Positions 11,015 to 23,551 of a DNA stretch of 35,077 nt are shown here, piece by piece. The stretch spans positions 1-35,077 of the forward strand of contig RBNJ01000261.1 of the NCBI GenBank assembly GCA_003990765.1, in the 5' to 3' direction. The stretch's first letter is position 1, and each line of letters begins with the position of its first letter. This DNA is from Jimgerdemannia flammicorona (Eukaryota). The notes beneath the pieces are model-generated. The model saw only the letters and a list, made by a program, of their open reading frames with translations, made no database searches and had not been told where the DNA came from. The position numbers and the translations under genes are program-made.

Positions 11015-12890
11015 TCATTTGCCAACGTTCTCCTGACTCGAGATCATCTCCGCAATGTTTTTTTGCAGCTGGTTCCACTCGTCATCTTTGGGGATCGCCA
11101 TCTAATGGATTAGGTAGAACCGATCACAGAATGATAAGTTCCTCATTTCCCGAATCCGCAGAATATCATCACAATAATACAGATTGACTCACCTCGCCGA
11201 TATCATAGACATAAACCTTGCCGTCGCTGGATCCGATCGCTGTCTTCTTACCCTCCTTGTCCCAGTTGATCTTGTTAAGCGCCTTGCCCTGGCCCACCGG
11301 GGTGCTGACAATTGGAATCTGGGAGATTGTTCGGGGTTGGGTGAGGGTGAATCGGGAAAGAATATTATGATATCGTAGCATGCAATCGCATTCAAAACTA
11401 CCCGCTTTCAATCATCACAAACCCAAGCCTCATATCACTTGCCCTAAACATACCTCAGTATCGGCGTTCAAATTCCACAAATCAAACTTGCCCCCTCCGT
11501 CAACGGCGCCGAAGAGGGCCGGGTGTGTGGGCGACCACTTGACGTCGTACACGTAGTCGTCCGCTTGCTCGAACGAGTAGAGCGGCGCGATGATCGTCGG
11601 TTGTGTCGACGGCTTGGCGATAGACTGCAGGTGGTGGGGATGGTGGGGGCGTGCGTTGATATTAGTCCAGAAAAAAAAAAAAAAAAAGTTCCAAACTTTC
11701 ACGATTCACCATTATCCGTTCAGGCCCACCGAACCTTAACTCACCCTCGCCCTCCACAACTTGACGGTCCAGTCGACCGAACAGGTGAGAAACAGGTCCG
11801 AGAAGTCGACTTGCCCCAAAAGAGGATGGAACTGCATGCCCGTGATCGTGCCGTAATGGCCCTTGTAGGTGTCGTACTGGTTGATGCCGGCCTTGCTGTT
11901 GGTACGTGACGGAGGGCAATAATGGAATTGGGTGAGATAACATCGAAACGCAATAACTGTCGCGTAAGAATCCTTGGTAATGTATACACCACCCTTTTTG
12001 CACCCAAAATTATCTCTAACACCACTCCTACAGCTCGCCGCTCCTCCAAAATTGGATCATCTAAACTATTCCCTGGAGAAAAAAAATTGTTATAAAAAAA
12101 GGCTCGTCTCACAAACTCACCTTCCAGCCCTGCCATACCGATTCGCTTGATACACACTCCCTTCCTCCGTCCCAACCCAAAATGTGGTGGTCTCATTATC
12201 CGGGAAATCGAGAGTCGTGATCGACACCTCCTCGATATTGTGATGGTGTAAGGGATGCGACAGCTCGAGTGAGTCCTGCGGCTGCGCCAACATGTCCAGT
12301 TGCCAACTGCATACGGTCCCGTCCGTGCTAGCGGAGATGAGGTTGTGTGCGTTCTGCGTGCCGACCATGGTGAGCGAGTACACCGGATGCGTATGCCCAC
12401 CCGCCGATAGGGGGGTCTTGAGCACGGGAAGAGCCTTCGCGCGCGTGTCCCACAGGACGATCTGGCCCGAGTAAGTGCCGCCAATGACATAGTTGCGGTG
12501 GAAGTCCGAGAACATAACTGCCAGGACGTCGGATTGCGAGTGGAAGACGAATTCGGGACGTTCGAGGAGGTGGAGATTCCAGATGCAGGCCACGCCGTCG
12601 GGTTCGTTGACCGCCATAGGGTTCTTGTTGTAGGAAGCGACGAGGAGTTCGGGGTCCTGTCGTACGTCGGGGAAAGGAGTATAAAGTAAGACCAATGATA
12701 CTAATTGATTGAGAAACTGGGGTTGTTCAAAGGATGTATACCTTGGGCGACCACCCGACGTCGGTAACAGACCTGTTCTTGGACCACTTCTCGTCCCAGA
12801 ACTCGCAAAGGAACTTGACACGCTTGCCGGAAGCGACGTCGCTATACAATTGTGCAATCGTGTAAAACGCGTGAGTTGAAATCCCCCACC

Positions 12891-12935
<45 letters not shown>

Positions 12936-14230
12936 GAGATGCCAATCCCTTCTACCCGCCTATCCGAAAACTTTCCTCGCATAATTAAACAAAATATCGC
13001 TCCCACGTCATTCAGGGCCAAAAACGAGCCAAATAAATAAAACTCACCCCTCGACATCGGCCCCGATGGTGTAATCCTTCATGAAGTCATACTTTTCGTT
13101 CAGGGCGCGCTCGACAATCTTGGATGAGTGGTCGACAAAATCCGCGAAATCGAACGAGGTGAGGATGGCGCGTTTCTCCTCCTCCGTGAGTTCTGTTGAA
13201 CGAGAAGAAAGTGAGAGTGAATATTACGGGCGTGGTAAAAACAACACGCACCATGGAAATCGGGGTGCCATCGAAGAAGAAAAGATACAACGCTTGCGAT
13301 CCTCCCACGATACAATCCCAAAGCCAAAAGTATACACACCTCTCTTCTCTTTCACTTTCTCCATCTCCTGCCTCTTCCTCTCCTCGTCCGCGGCCTGCTG
13401 TTTGGCCTTCTGCTCTTTTTCCACCTCGTCCATGATCTGCGCGCGAATTTCTTCCTCAGACCGTTGAGGCGCGTCGGTGCCGGAGTCAGTCGTCTGGGTG
13501 AGTTTTTCATATGTAACTTTATCCTGGGGAAGGAGTTGTTTGGGGAGGAAGTGAGGAAGATGAGCTGGTGGGGAAGTGCGGAGAAACGAGAGGAGCAGGT
13601 ACGAAGAGGTGGGTTGGAGGGAATAAAAGGGTTACCTCGGGAGGAATATCGGCGGGATCGGTTTCCGAGATGGTGAGTTTGGGAATGTAGCGCGCCGCGT
13701 CGGTCATTTGGGTCATACTGTTGCGGGTGGAACTGCCAAGTTCGGGAAGGCATGGATCAGTAATGAAGGGTATGACGCGCTTCGAACGATTTACAACCAC
13801 CCATTTACAAGCATCGTTGCTTCCGTCCAGCTCTCTACCGTACCTAACGGGCGTCTCCGGCGCCGACCCAGGAGGGTAGGAAGAAGGGAAGATGGAGGCG
13901 ACGGCCTCCGAGCCAGCATCCGAGCCGCGGTCGGAGGAGGGGCCACTTGGGGTGGTGGGACGCTCGCCGAGGGCGAGGGCGACGAGGTCATCGATGGCCT
14001 TGCGATCCTTGCCAGGGGCAACGGAGGAACTGGTGGTGGCGACGGGGAGCTGGGAGGGAAGGTGGTGTCTTTAGAGTGTTGAAAAGTAGAATGGAGGCAC
14101 AGCACTTTGGGCTTCAACTTACGGCGGAGGCGGCGGACCCAACCAGGGCGGACTTGCGCTCCTCCCTTGCGCGCCTGAGCTCTGCGAGCTTTTGACGCTT
14201 CTTTTCGAGCTCGTCTTTGCGGCGGTCCAT
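11015..14230 (-). CDS. Cytoplasmic dynein 1 intermediate chain (WD40), about 11 exons
   Basis: N-terminus [25 protein letters not shown] (ATG at 14230). Conserved segments include [69 protein letters not shown] and ALNKINWD. The last exon [19 protein letters not shown]...GK* ends at TGA 11015-11017. Introns are GT-AG. Confidence 0.95.
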
Positions 14231-14375
14231 TTATTTGGTAGGTTAGGTTCAAACAAGCACAAGGGAGAAGTGGGAAGGAGAGAGGGAGGGTTATCGGATG
14301 AATAAAAATCGGGTGCAGGACCTGGACCAGGGACTGCTCTGCTGCCCTTTGACTGTTGACCCTTAACCAAAAACC
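14231..14375. promoter_or_regulatory. Compact divergent (bidirectional) promoter region
   Basis: Only 145 bp separate the head-to-head start codons at 14230 (-) and 14376 (+). Confidence 0.6.
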
Positions 14376-16738
14376 ATGAAGGACAAGGACAAAGACCCAC
14401 CATATTTCCCAACACATCGTTACTCTTCCCGATTCTACTTTCAGCGCCGGGGCTCTCTGACCCATCTGCTTGTCGCCGGCCTCGTCCTTGTCTTCCTGTA
14501 CCTCTTTTTCTTGCGGAACGACCCTGCCCCCGTGACCCAAGCCCTTATTGCGTCCGAGCACATCAATGTCGTCGACGGCTCGTGGAACGAGCGCTCCAAC
14601 TGGCACCGCGACCAGAATGAAGAGATACGCTCCCGTCGCAGTGTCTACACTCCAGACTTGTTCAGGTCAGACGCGCTCAAGACTAATGGGCTCATACCCG
14701 TTACCGCCGTCTTGCTCAGCTGGAAGAGACCCGAGGGGCTGAAGAAGGTGGTCCAGTACCTCGTCAGGTACCCATTTATCAAAGAGATCCTCATCTGGAA
14801 TAACAACAAGAAGACCAGGCTGAACATTAGGGTAGGCATTGGCTTCGGGTTCTCGCTGCATTCGGTTTTTTTTTTCCGCATTATTGATTTCATCCACATC
14901 CTCCTTGTTCAGGATTTCGAGCTCAACGCGACGACCACCGCGCATGTCGAGATCACCGTCTTCAACTCGGACGAAAACCTGCACGACCTGGCCAAGTACA
15001 CAACCTGTGCCATAGCCCGCCACGACTACTGCTACTTCCAGGACGACGACTGGATCAACCTCTACCTCGACAGCGAGTACACCAACTTCCTGGGATTCCC
15101 GGACCTCATCCACTCCAACACTATGCCCATCATCCACCTCGAGCATCGGAGATGGCAGTTCACAAATCCAGGTTTGTTATGTGATTGTATGTGAAGTAGA
15201 GTTTGAATGGGATATTACCACAGTGAACAGTACCGTTGATCGCCCATTTCACCCCAAACTTCTCTCTCCCCGCTCCCCTCAGATATTAATCTGCACGCCG
15301 GCTTCACCTGGCTCGGCTGCGGCTCCTTCATCCCCCGCGTCAAGGTTCAGCGCTTCCTCGCGCAGCTTGGCTCGGCGGGCCTGGGCAAGGACCGCCTGCG
15401 CCTCGCCGACATGTACTTCTCCATTTGGACAAATCAATACCCTTACCAGCTCTCCAACCCACTCACCCCGCTCGATCAGAAGGAAGGCTGGAGCGACGAC
15501 GTCGATCAGTGGACGATTGTGTATCAAAATTTGGTTAGCATTATTTGGCAGTCGGAGGGACGGAGATGAGACGTGGTGTGGGAGATTAGGGATGGGATGG
15601 CAAAATGTGTCGCAGGGTCCATGATATTTGTTACTTAAACCTTGACACGCTACGTTTGTTTTTCCTGGCCGTCCTTCGCAGTATGACGCCAGCACGAAAT
15701 TATACAAGGCACTTGCGGCCAACTCCATCATCACCCGCAATGACTATTTCATCCGCGAGGAAGAAGAGCCGAGGCCTGAGTACCGCGACGCGCGGTATGT
15801 GTAAATGCTTTGCTTTCTCTCTCTGGTCATTCTGTTTGTGGCAGTGTGTCCGTCGGGCATGGTTTCTCGTATTTTACTCCATTTTCTCTGTTTGGTTATA
15901 TTACTATGTTTTATACTATTATACTAATTCGTTTATCATCACCCTTGTAGCGCCCCCTGCCTGAACGACCGGTGCCTCTTCCTGACCAATATCGACCCCT
16001 TCCCACACCCTTTGAGCGTCGTCTTTGACAACGTGAACATCACTCACATTAAGGACCAGGAGGCGCTCTTCAACGTGCTCAACTTTCCCTCGAACGACTT
16101 CTGGACCAAGCACGCGTACCACTACGCTGTCGATCAGAACGACAATACGTGCTGGAATTCGTATGATGGTGAGTTTGGATTTGTTGGTGTGCTGGGCAAG
16201 AAAGGGCGTTGGTGGACGTACATTTTATTTTTATGGCTTCTCCTCTTACTGTTGTGTCGATGCGTATAATCTAAATATATATTCCCCGCCTGTCCCTAGC
16301 CCCTCGTGTTGGAGACTACTTTGGCCTTCACATGGTCACCCCAATCATCTCCAAGCGCATGACCATTGTTTCCTCTCACGACATCAGCGGCCTCGAGAGC
16401 GCCTTTGCCATCTCCGTCTCTACCAACGGCAAGTCCTGGGTACGTCCTCCCTCCCCATATTTATCTGTTTATCCTCCATTCTCGTCCACGCATTTTTTTA
16501 ACCTCACTCATACATCTCATCCATCCCCATACAGATGGCATGCAAAAACCTCCCTCTCCCGTCCAATCCCACCTCGAACCTCGCTGCCGCTGCCGCCGCT
16601 GCCGACGGCCATCGCCTGACCATTGGCTTCGCGTGCCCCATCACCGAGCCCTTCCGCATGGTGCGCGCCGAGTTCCAACAAGATTTCGTAGAACCGTTCG
16701 AGGTATGCGCTATCGGGCTCGACGGATTCGCCGTGTGA
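14376..16738 (+). CDS. Putative type II membrane glycosyltransferase-like protein (GT-A fold, GT64/EXT-like), about 7 exons
   Basis: N-terminal TM helix LLVAGLVLVFLYLFFL, then VTAVLLSWKR...IKEILIWNN and a DxD-type motif CYFQDDDW. Approximate exons: 14376-14831, 14913-15171, 15283-15532, 15681-15795, 15951-16168, 16300-16439, 16535-16738. The gene is clear but the family call is tentative. Confidence 0.7.
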
Positions 16739-17689
16739 GCGGGAGGTGGCCTGGATGCGGTTGTGGATAGAGGGAGATCGAACGTGTAGGAGGGGGATTG
16801 TGATGATGTGAACGGTGGTTATTATAGTGGTCGCGATAATGTGGCGTCGGGAGGGTCATGTCGATGGGTAGAGCGGGGTGATGGCGGATACATAGATATT
16901 CTTAGTATGTGTATTTATGGGTTGATCGACAAGGAGATCGGTCCTCCCATGTAAATAGTTTATAAATCGATGGGCGCACTCTCACTGCCAAGGAAACCCG
17001 TCTTTGAGCATTCCGACGGGACATACCCGTTCCGTATATCCTAACCCAGTATAGAATGGAAAGTAGACACAAGTATATAGATACTCAGCCGTAAGTCAAA
17101 GTTGACACGATGTACAACATCAATAACCGTACACTTCGTTAACTTATCTATAGTCTAGCATGGCGTAGTTCATTCTTCAGCAACTTGTCTGAATAAACGA
17201 CAATTTGATATTTCTTTAAGTGAAAAAATCTATGGTGCTCCACGAGAGGTACAATAACTTGACGCGATTTTCCTGCTTATATTGATTCTGCCAAACCGAT
17301 CCGCCAGGATGTACCATTGCAATATTACTGCTTTCGACCGTATGCTCACGCGACGGATACCCCCCATCTCGTTCCGCCCTGCGTGCGCCATGGCCGTACT
17401 ACACTTCTATTCCTATCTCGCGACCGTCCAATCCCATCCTTGAACGATATCAGCGGCAATAATGGTGATATGGGCGTAACGCCTACAATTGAACCTATAT
17501 TCCTATCAAACGTCACATTTCTGATCAATCTTGTAAGAAAATACAAGCCCTGTAGAAGATCCTATTTCTAGGAACTCAGAGGGTAGGCCCCAACACCAGT
17601 ATGAACCGACTCTTATTGGGTTGGCAGTGAGATATGCAAGAAGATGTATGTATCATTATCATTTTTATCAATCTCAAACTAGAACCTAG

Positions 17690-18260
17690 ATAGCAAAAAA
17701 AAACCTTAGATCTATTCAGACTATAATAAATATAGTTATAGCTTCTGTATATCTTACTGATATACTTAGTATCAAAGATCTTATAAGTGAGCTACTAATA
17801 GAAGTAATACTATAATATAACTATATATATATTAGTTTTGAAGTAAATATATTACTATTTATATTTAATTCTCTTTTATATTCAGAACTCTAATATATAA
17901 TAATATTATATAATAGTTTTTATATAGTTATTTTATAAGCTTACTCTTTTCATAGATATAAAGTATAATATAATAAAGTTTATATTATTATACTTATTTT
18001 ACTTATAGTAATATAAATTTAAATTAAATTAATATATATTAATTTATAGTTATTTATAATATTTTTTTAATTTGGATATTTACTATAAATTATGTCATAT
18101 CTTATTTATTGATTAATTATTATTAAAGACTTTTTTGTACATCTATAATAGAGTAGAGTTATTTACTATCAAAAATTCTGATAATAATAATTTTTCTAAA
18201 AAGAGCCCACCATCATAGTATCTTAACTAAGATATTATATATGTATCTCTTATATTTTGC
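17690..18260. repeat. AT-rich decayed repeat island
   Basis: An abrupt shift to very AT-rich, CpG-free sequence like 1-3780. The element type is not recognisable. Confidence 0.55.
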
Positions 18261-18738
18261 TTATGTCTGTATATGTGGTCTTATTTTGAGCCAGATGTGA
18301 TTTTTGTAGAAATGTGGGGTAATATAGAGTGTAGATGAGGCCAGTATACTCTTTTCATGTATTTTATGTTCTTTTCTTACATTACCAAATGTACAGTCAT
18401 GTGCATTGTAATATATTAATAATACGAAAAGTGTAGTTTATTCGAAAATGTTCGAAAATGCGTCGACGGTTTTCTTTGAATTTGTCCGAGGGTATATAAC
18501 AAAAATCAGTGAACACCCACACATGCTATCCAAATTAATACTTGTCCATAATTACCTAGATCTGGCAACCAACGATAGAATCAGTTAGAACCGATATTGG
18601 CGTCCGTTATGAAACAGTTCAATGCTGAATAATTTTCTATCGAACATTTGTATATATTGACACTTATTTTTATTTAGAAAAGAACTATCATATAATGAAT
18701 AACATGAACTTCTGTACATTGCAATACATTTGATGGAC

Positions 18739-18753
18739 TAGATTCCTCCGACC

Positions 18754-18788
<35 letters not shown>

Positions 18789-18817
18789 TTTTTATTTTAG
18801 ATTCCTCCGACCACTTT
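18739..18817 (-). mobile_element. Very short poly(A)-tailed insertion with a 20-bp target-site duplication
   Basis: TAGATTCCTCCGACCACTTT occurs at 18739-18758 and 18798-18817, flanking a long T run plus ATATTTTTATTT. Confidence 0.75.
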
Positions 18818-19446
18818 GAAGCCAAGGTCAACCATCGTTAAGCATGAGTAAGGGAAGTACTTGCACACTTGGTAATTCATTCCATAGTTGCTGTCCCAGA
18901 AAGTCTCCGTCTGATTGACGCCCTTGACGGTGTTTATGAAGTCTGAAGAAGAGACGCCGTTGAGATCCGGTTAACGTAAAAGAACAGAGTCTGAGGACGT
19001 CCAATCAATCCGATTGCTCACCGTACTGCGCCCAGAACTCAGTGGCTACTGGCCGTCCCATCCCCCCTGAACTGTCGCTCCAGTTGTACACGTTGTCGCT
19101 TTCCCGGTTCAAAGATAGGCTCGGTCTTACGCTATCGTCGGAAAGTTTAATCCACACAGTGACGCTGTTGTAGGTGGTTGTGGTTCCTGAAGGCGGCGGG
19201 GGCGGCGTGATGCGCACGTCGCCGTGGATCCAGATGGCACTGGGGAAAGGAAAAACGACGCAAATTTAGAACGGTCAGAGGGAGTGCCTTTTTTTTTTTT
19301 TTTTTTTGGGCTCACCCGTATTTCTCATGTTCTGTTTCTGTGGCGACGTCCTGAAGATAGATCCTTTGATCCGTGTCAATAGGAATTGCTTGGACGAGGG
19401 TGGCGAGGACCGCGGCGGCGGCAGCGAGAGTGGAGGTTACCAACAT
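18797..19446 (-). CDS. Small secreted protein (164 aa) with a CBM21-like starch-binding C-terminal motif
   Basis: Exons 19446-19316, 19239-19022 and 18942-18797 join in frame (495 nt) across GT-AG introns. It has a signal-peptide-like N-terminus MLVTSTLAAAAAVLATLVQA. EFWAQY...FWDSNYGMNYQV resembles the CBM21 EFxxxY...(W/Y)DNNxxxNYQV motif. Confidence 0.7.
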
Positions 19447-19775
19447 GTTGAAAGAACAGAGGAATCGTTTGGCGTACGACAGTTTTATTGATAACCGGAT
19501 CTTAGTGTCCCATAAAGAGTAAAACGGAGAGGTCGGCGGATCCCCAACGATGTCATTTGATTTTCGACTCTAGGACAAACTTGTCTTGGCTTTTATTTTG
19601 TTTCATTTATTTTATTTAAATTTCGCAGACTGTTAAAAGAGAACTCCTCATTGGCAAGCAGTCGGCCAACTTGCTCCAAGTTTGCACCAACGGACGGAAC
19701 GCAAAAACAAAGTCTTTCTGTTCCTATTTCCCATTGGCTAGTTTTATCACGTGGGCGCGGGTTTTTGTATTCAGG

Positions 19776-19783
19776 TGACGTCA
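19776..19783. promoter_or_regulatory. CRE/ATF-like palindrome TGACGTCA upstream of RPS27
   Basis: Exact motif about 155 bp upstream of the ATG, with CACGTG nearby (19748-19753). The same palindrome precedes the next gene. Confidence 0.35.
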
Positions 19784-19937
19784 TCGTCACGTTAATTATG
19801 ATTATCATCTACCTTATGTATAAAAAAGGGATGACGTTTCCTGCGCTGCCAATCAATCGCGAGTCTAGGCCGCAAAATTAGTCCTCACCCATGGCCCTCG
19901 TGCATCCTTCCTTCCTTCAAGCCAACAGAACATCAAC

Positions 19938-21049
19938 ATGACTGTGAGTACGCATTCATGTATATCGGATTTCGGATGATGGTGAAGCGGGATGCACCAA
20001 CGTGTTTTGACAGCTTTGGACGATGGATGTGCGAGATTGCGGTGATGGATGGAGTTGTGACCGTGGTGGACGATGCCTGTCACCATGTCGAGGTGCATGT
20101 CTGGATTTCAACGCATGGTGGACCATGTCAACCAGCACGCCAACGAGCACCGACAGCCGACTTTATAGCACACATACGACGATATGAACGCGACGTAACC
20201 ATTTCGGCAAGGATAGATTTCCCAGCAATCAACATTCCTGCCCTTTCCTTCTTCCGTCCTTCCTGCCTCACCGTACCGCATTCGAGCTCGTCGCCCCGCT
20301 ATACCCAAACCATGGCAGATTGCACGCCATTTTTCATCAACCCCATCACAGCAGCAGCAGTTCACTTTTCCTTGGCGTTTTTTGTTCACTGGAATATCCT
20401 TCTCGGTAACACAGTCCAATTTCTGACCTCCAAATCTGTAATACCTGCCTTTCCTCCTAATAGTTGGCCGTCGATCTGTTGAACCCCTCTGCGGAACACG
20501 AAAAGCGCACCCACAAGCTTAAGAGGCTTGTGCAGTCGCCTAACTCCTACTTCATGGACGTCAAGTGCCCTGGTAAGTTTTTATTTGAATTGCTACGGCT
20601 ACGTTCAAGTCTGGCGAATTAATTGGGTGGGCACAGTGGTTTCAGTCGTAGTAGCGGTTGTTGCATTGGTGCATGCAGTAATATCATTATGGCTCGGGTT
20701 TGGAAAAGGGGTATATATTGAAAGTCGAGATGTTGGAGAAAATGAACAGCGATATTTCATTGTCGCAATCCTATTGGCGCTAATCTTTTCCTATCTCTTC
20801 GGTGATTTTCATAGGCTGCTTCAACATCACTACTGTGTTCAGCCATGCCCAGACTGTCGTGCTATGCGGTAGTTGCGCCACCGTCTTGTGCCAACCCACT
20901 GGTGGTCGTGCTCGCCTCACCGAGGGTAAGTTCTCATGGTGTTTCTTGGATGATGATTGAGGAAGTGGACCAGGTTCCTTTGCTGACATAGTCTATCTTT
21001 ATTTTCCCTTCTGCTCACAGGCTGCTCTTTCCGCCGGAAGATCGCGTAA
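19938..21049 (+). CDS. RPS27: 40S ribosomal protein S27 (eS27), 84 aa, 4 exons
   Basis: Exons 19938-19943, 20464-20572, 20815-20925 and 21021-21049 give [84 protein letters not shown]. Confidence 0.98.
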
Positions 21050-21245
21050 AAGCTTGCCTTTGTACATTTCTCGCTTACATGCACAAAAACAACCAAAAAA
21101 AAAGCACAGTACTCTCTCAACACAATAAATAGGAGTGTTGTAGTACGGCCCAACGTCCGCGGTCTGTGGATTGAGTTAGTTTTCTCTGCGCAATGTTGTA
21201 TGCTTGGGCGAAATCTTGAATAAAGCTCTTCACATGTGGAAGTTG

Positions 21246-21255
21246 GTGACGTCAC
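21246..21255. promoter_or_regulatory. CRE/ATF-like palindrome GTGACGTCAC upstream of the Tom20-SET gene
   Basis: Perfect 10-bp palindrome about 80 bp upstream of ATG 21333. Confidence 0.35.
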
Positions 21256-21332
21256 ACACACGTCTCGCGTGACGAGTGTTTTTCTCTGAAAAATTTCGAC
21301 CTTCGGAACCTATTCTCTCCGATAGACCAGAC

Positions 21333-23551
21333 ATGAAGACATCCACCGTAGCTCTCATTGCTGTCGGCGCTGTCGTTACGGTTGGTATCGGCTATGCAAT
21401 CTACTTCGACCAGAAGAGGAGAAACGATCCAGAATTCCGGAAGAGGCTAAGTACGGTCGCCCCCAAAACCCCGCCAGCAACCTTCGCGTTTGAAAACCAC
21501 CATGTCTGAGCTTCCCCTGTATCTCGGTGCCGCACCCTCATCCAGAGCGTGAACGCAAGCGCCTCCTCAAGGTCAAGAAGAGCGAAGAGGAAGCCTTCAA
21601 GAATAAGGCGGCTGAGTCCATTAGTCAAGCCCTCGACGAAATCGCCAACGAAACTTTCCCTGTTACCAACCAAGACAAAGAAAAACTCTTCGTCGAAGAG
21701 GTCGCAAAGGGCGAGGAACTGGCCGCGCGGGGTAGGTGGACATACTATCCTGGATTTTGGTTCTTCGCTTCTCGGCTTACGGTGCTTTTTTATTTGGAAT
21801 CTAATTAATGTCCCGTAATTGAGCGGTTCTCTTAACTTGTTACTCCGACACGATTATCTGAACGCTCAATTTCACCGATTTGCGCATGCATCCTTGGTAC
21901 AGGCGAAGAATTCTACAATGAAGCTGCCGTGAGCTTCTTCCGCGCACTCAAGGTGTATCCCTCCCCCGTCGAACTCGTCATGATCTATCAAAAGACCGTT
22001 CCGGAGCCCGTGTTCAACCTTGTCATGGCGATGATGAGCCTTGATGTGAGTTTGTTTGATTTTGCGGTTGGTCGCAATCATGCTATACATATTAGTATTG
22101 TGAGACAACGTGGAATGGAATTGCCTGTAGACACACGCATTTCAAATGAATCTATTCTGACATGGAATGGGGATACCCCCCCCCCTTTTTTTTTTTCGAA
22201 AAAAATAAAAATAAAATAAAATAAATACAGGTGAAACGCAAACAAGAACTTTATTACAAAGTTTACCCACCCGCCGAAATGAACGTCCGGATAGACGAGC
22301 TGCCCGAGGGGGTCACGGATGACGGCAAGCAGATTATCCGTCGGGGTTTGGTGGCCACACGTGATTTCGACGAGGGAGAAGTGATTTACACCGAGATTCC
22401 TGTTGTTTCGGCGCTTGAGCCCGCGTTGGAGGTTAGTGTGACACACGCCAGCATGTAAAAATGATCCGGGACATTCACGATGGCCGAGAAAACAGGGGTT
22501 TCGGCGCGCGGGGATATCGTTATGTTGGACATCGTTCGGAGGTTGGATTTGACTTAACCATTTATTCTCGGTTCACATACAGGGTCAAGACTTCTGCAAT
22601 TTCTGCCTGAAACAAATCCCAGCCTCTGAATCCACAGTCACTTGCTCCATAGGCTGTGAAAAGGTCGTCTACTGCTCCACCGACTGCGAAAAAAAGGCGG
22701 TCGCACAATATCATCAATACCTTTGTACATCCTCTCTATCTCTTAGCTCGAAGGAGCACGAGTTTGCGACTTACGCTACCAAAAACAACGTCAAGTATCC
22801 CGGCATGATTGCGCGGTTTCTGGCGACGATGGTGTATGAGGAGACCACCAAAGTCCCCACAGGTCGGGACGACGAATACAATACCTGGGATCATATCGAG
22901 CGGTTGAGGTTCCTCGAAGTAAACCCAGGTCCGACGGAGGCGTTAGAGATCAAGTTACTGAAAGAGCTGTTGGGACCCAAGGTGCCTGGCATTGATGAGT
23001 TTGTGACAGAAGAGAGGTATCTAACATTAAAGGGAAAGTTGCAATATAATGCATATGGAGTTGAGACGGTGGCAGAGGGCGAGAAAACAGTTCCGGTAAG
23101 ACGTTATTGAAATTCATCTTCATGATGGCGTGTATCGTTTAATTACTGAAGATGTCGCATAAATGTTACATTTTCATCTCACATTCACTGCCAATCCCAT
23201 TTATTCCAGAAATCCCCCGAACAACACCGTAACGCACGTTCCACCTCCCCGGCACACCCGCTCACCGGCGCTGCCCTCTATCGTGCCACCTCGTACCTAG
23301 CGCACTCGTGCGAGCCCAACACGGCGGTCTCGTTCCCGCGGCGCACACAGGAGCTCGCGCTAGTGGCGACCCGCCCCATCAAGCAGGGCGAGGAGCTGAC
23401 GACGAGCTACGTCCAAGTTGACTCCGACGGGGAGCCGGTGCGCGGTCATGTTGAGCGCAAGAAGGAGCTTGCAGACGCGTTCAGGTTCAAGTGCGCATGT
23501 AAAAGGTGTGAGAGGGAAGAGGCGGCGGCGGCGTCATCGGATAGAGATTGA
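21333..23551 (+). CDS. TOM20: Mitochondrial import receptor Tom20 (MAS20) fused to a split SET/MYND-like (SMYD-type) domain, 6 exons
   Basis: Tom20 motifs: GYAIYFDQKRRNDPEFRKRL, EEVAKGEEL and FFRALKVYPSPVELVMIYQKTVPEPVF. SET/MYND motifs follow: RGLVATRDFDEGEVI, CNFC...CSIGCEKVVYCSTDC...HQYLC, YLAHSCEPN, GEELTTSYV and FKCACKRC. Approximate exons: 21333-21450, 21547-21731, 21903-22045, 22231-22431, 22583-23095, 23210-23551. Confidence 0.92.

Noticed and set aside
12658..12741. Dynein IC intron starting GTATACATCCTTT, reminiscent of a U12 donor
   Set aside because: It does not match GTATCCTT at the splice site and no TCCTTAAC branch point is visible, so it is treated as an ordinary GT-AG intron.
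16980..17632. 12-bp perfect inverted repeat TCTCACTGCCAA enclosing about 650 bp (possible MITE or CACTA-like element)
   Set aside because: There is no target-site duplication and no second copy, and a 12-bp inverted match at this spacing can occur by chance in 35 kb.
19958..20482. 174-aa ORF in the track
   Set aside because: It lies within RPS27 intron 1 and has no recognisable motif, so it is likely incidental.
20945..20990. ATGATGA...CTGA in RPS27 intron 3 as a box C/D snoRNA
   Set aside because: The boxes are under 40 nt apart and the CTGA coincides with the likely branch site GCTGAC.
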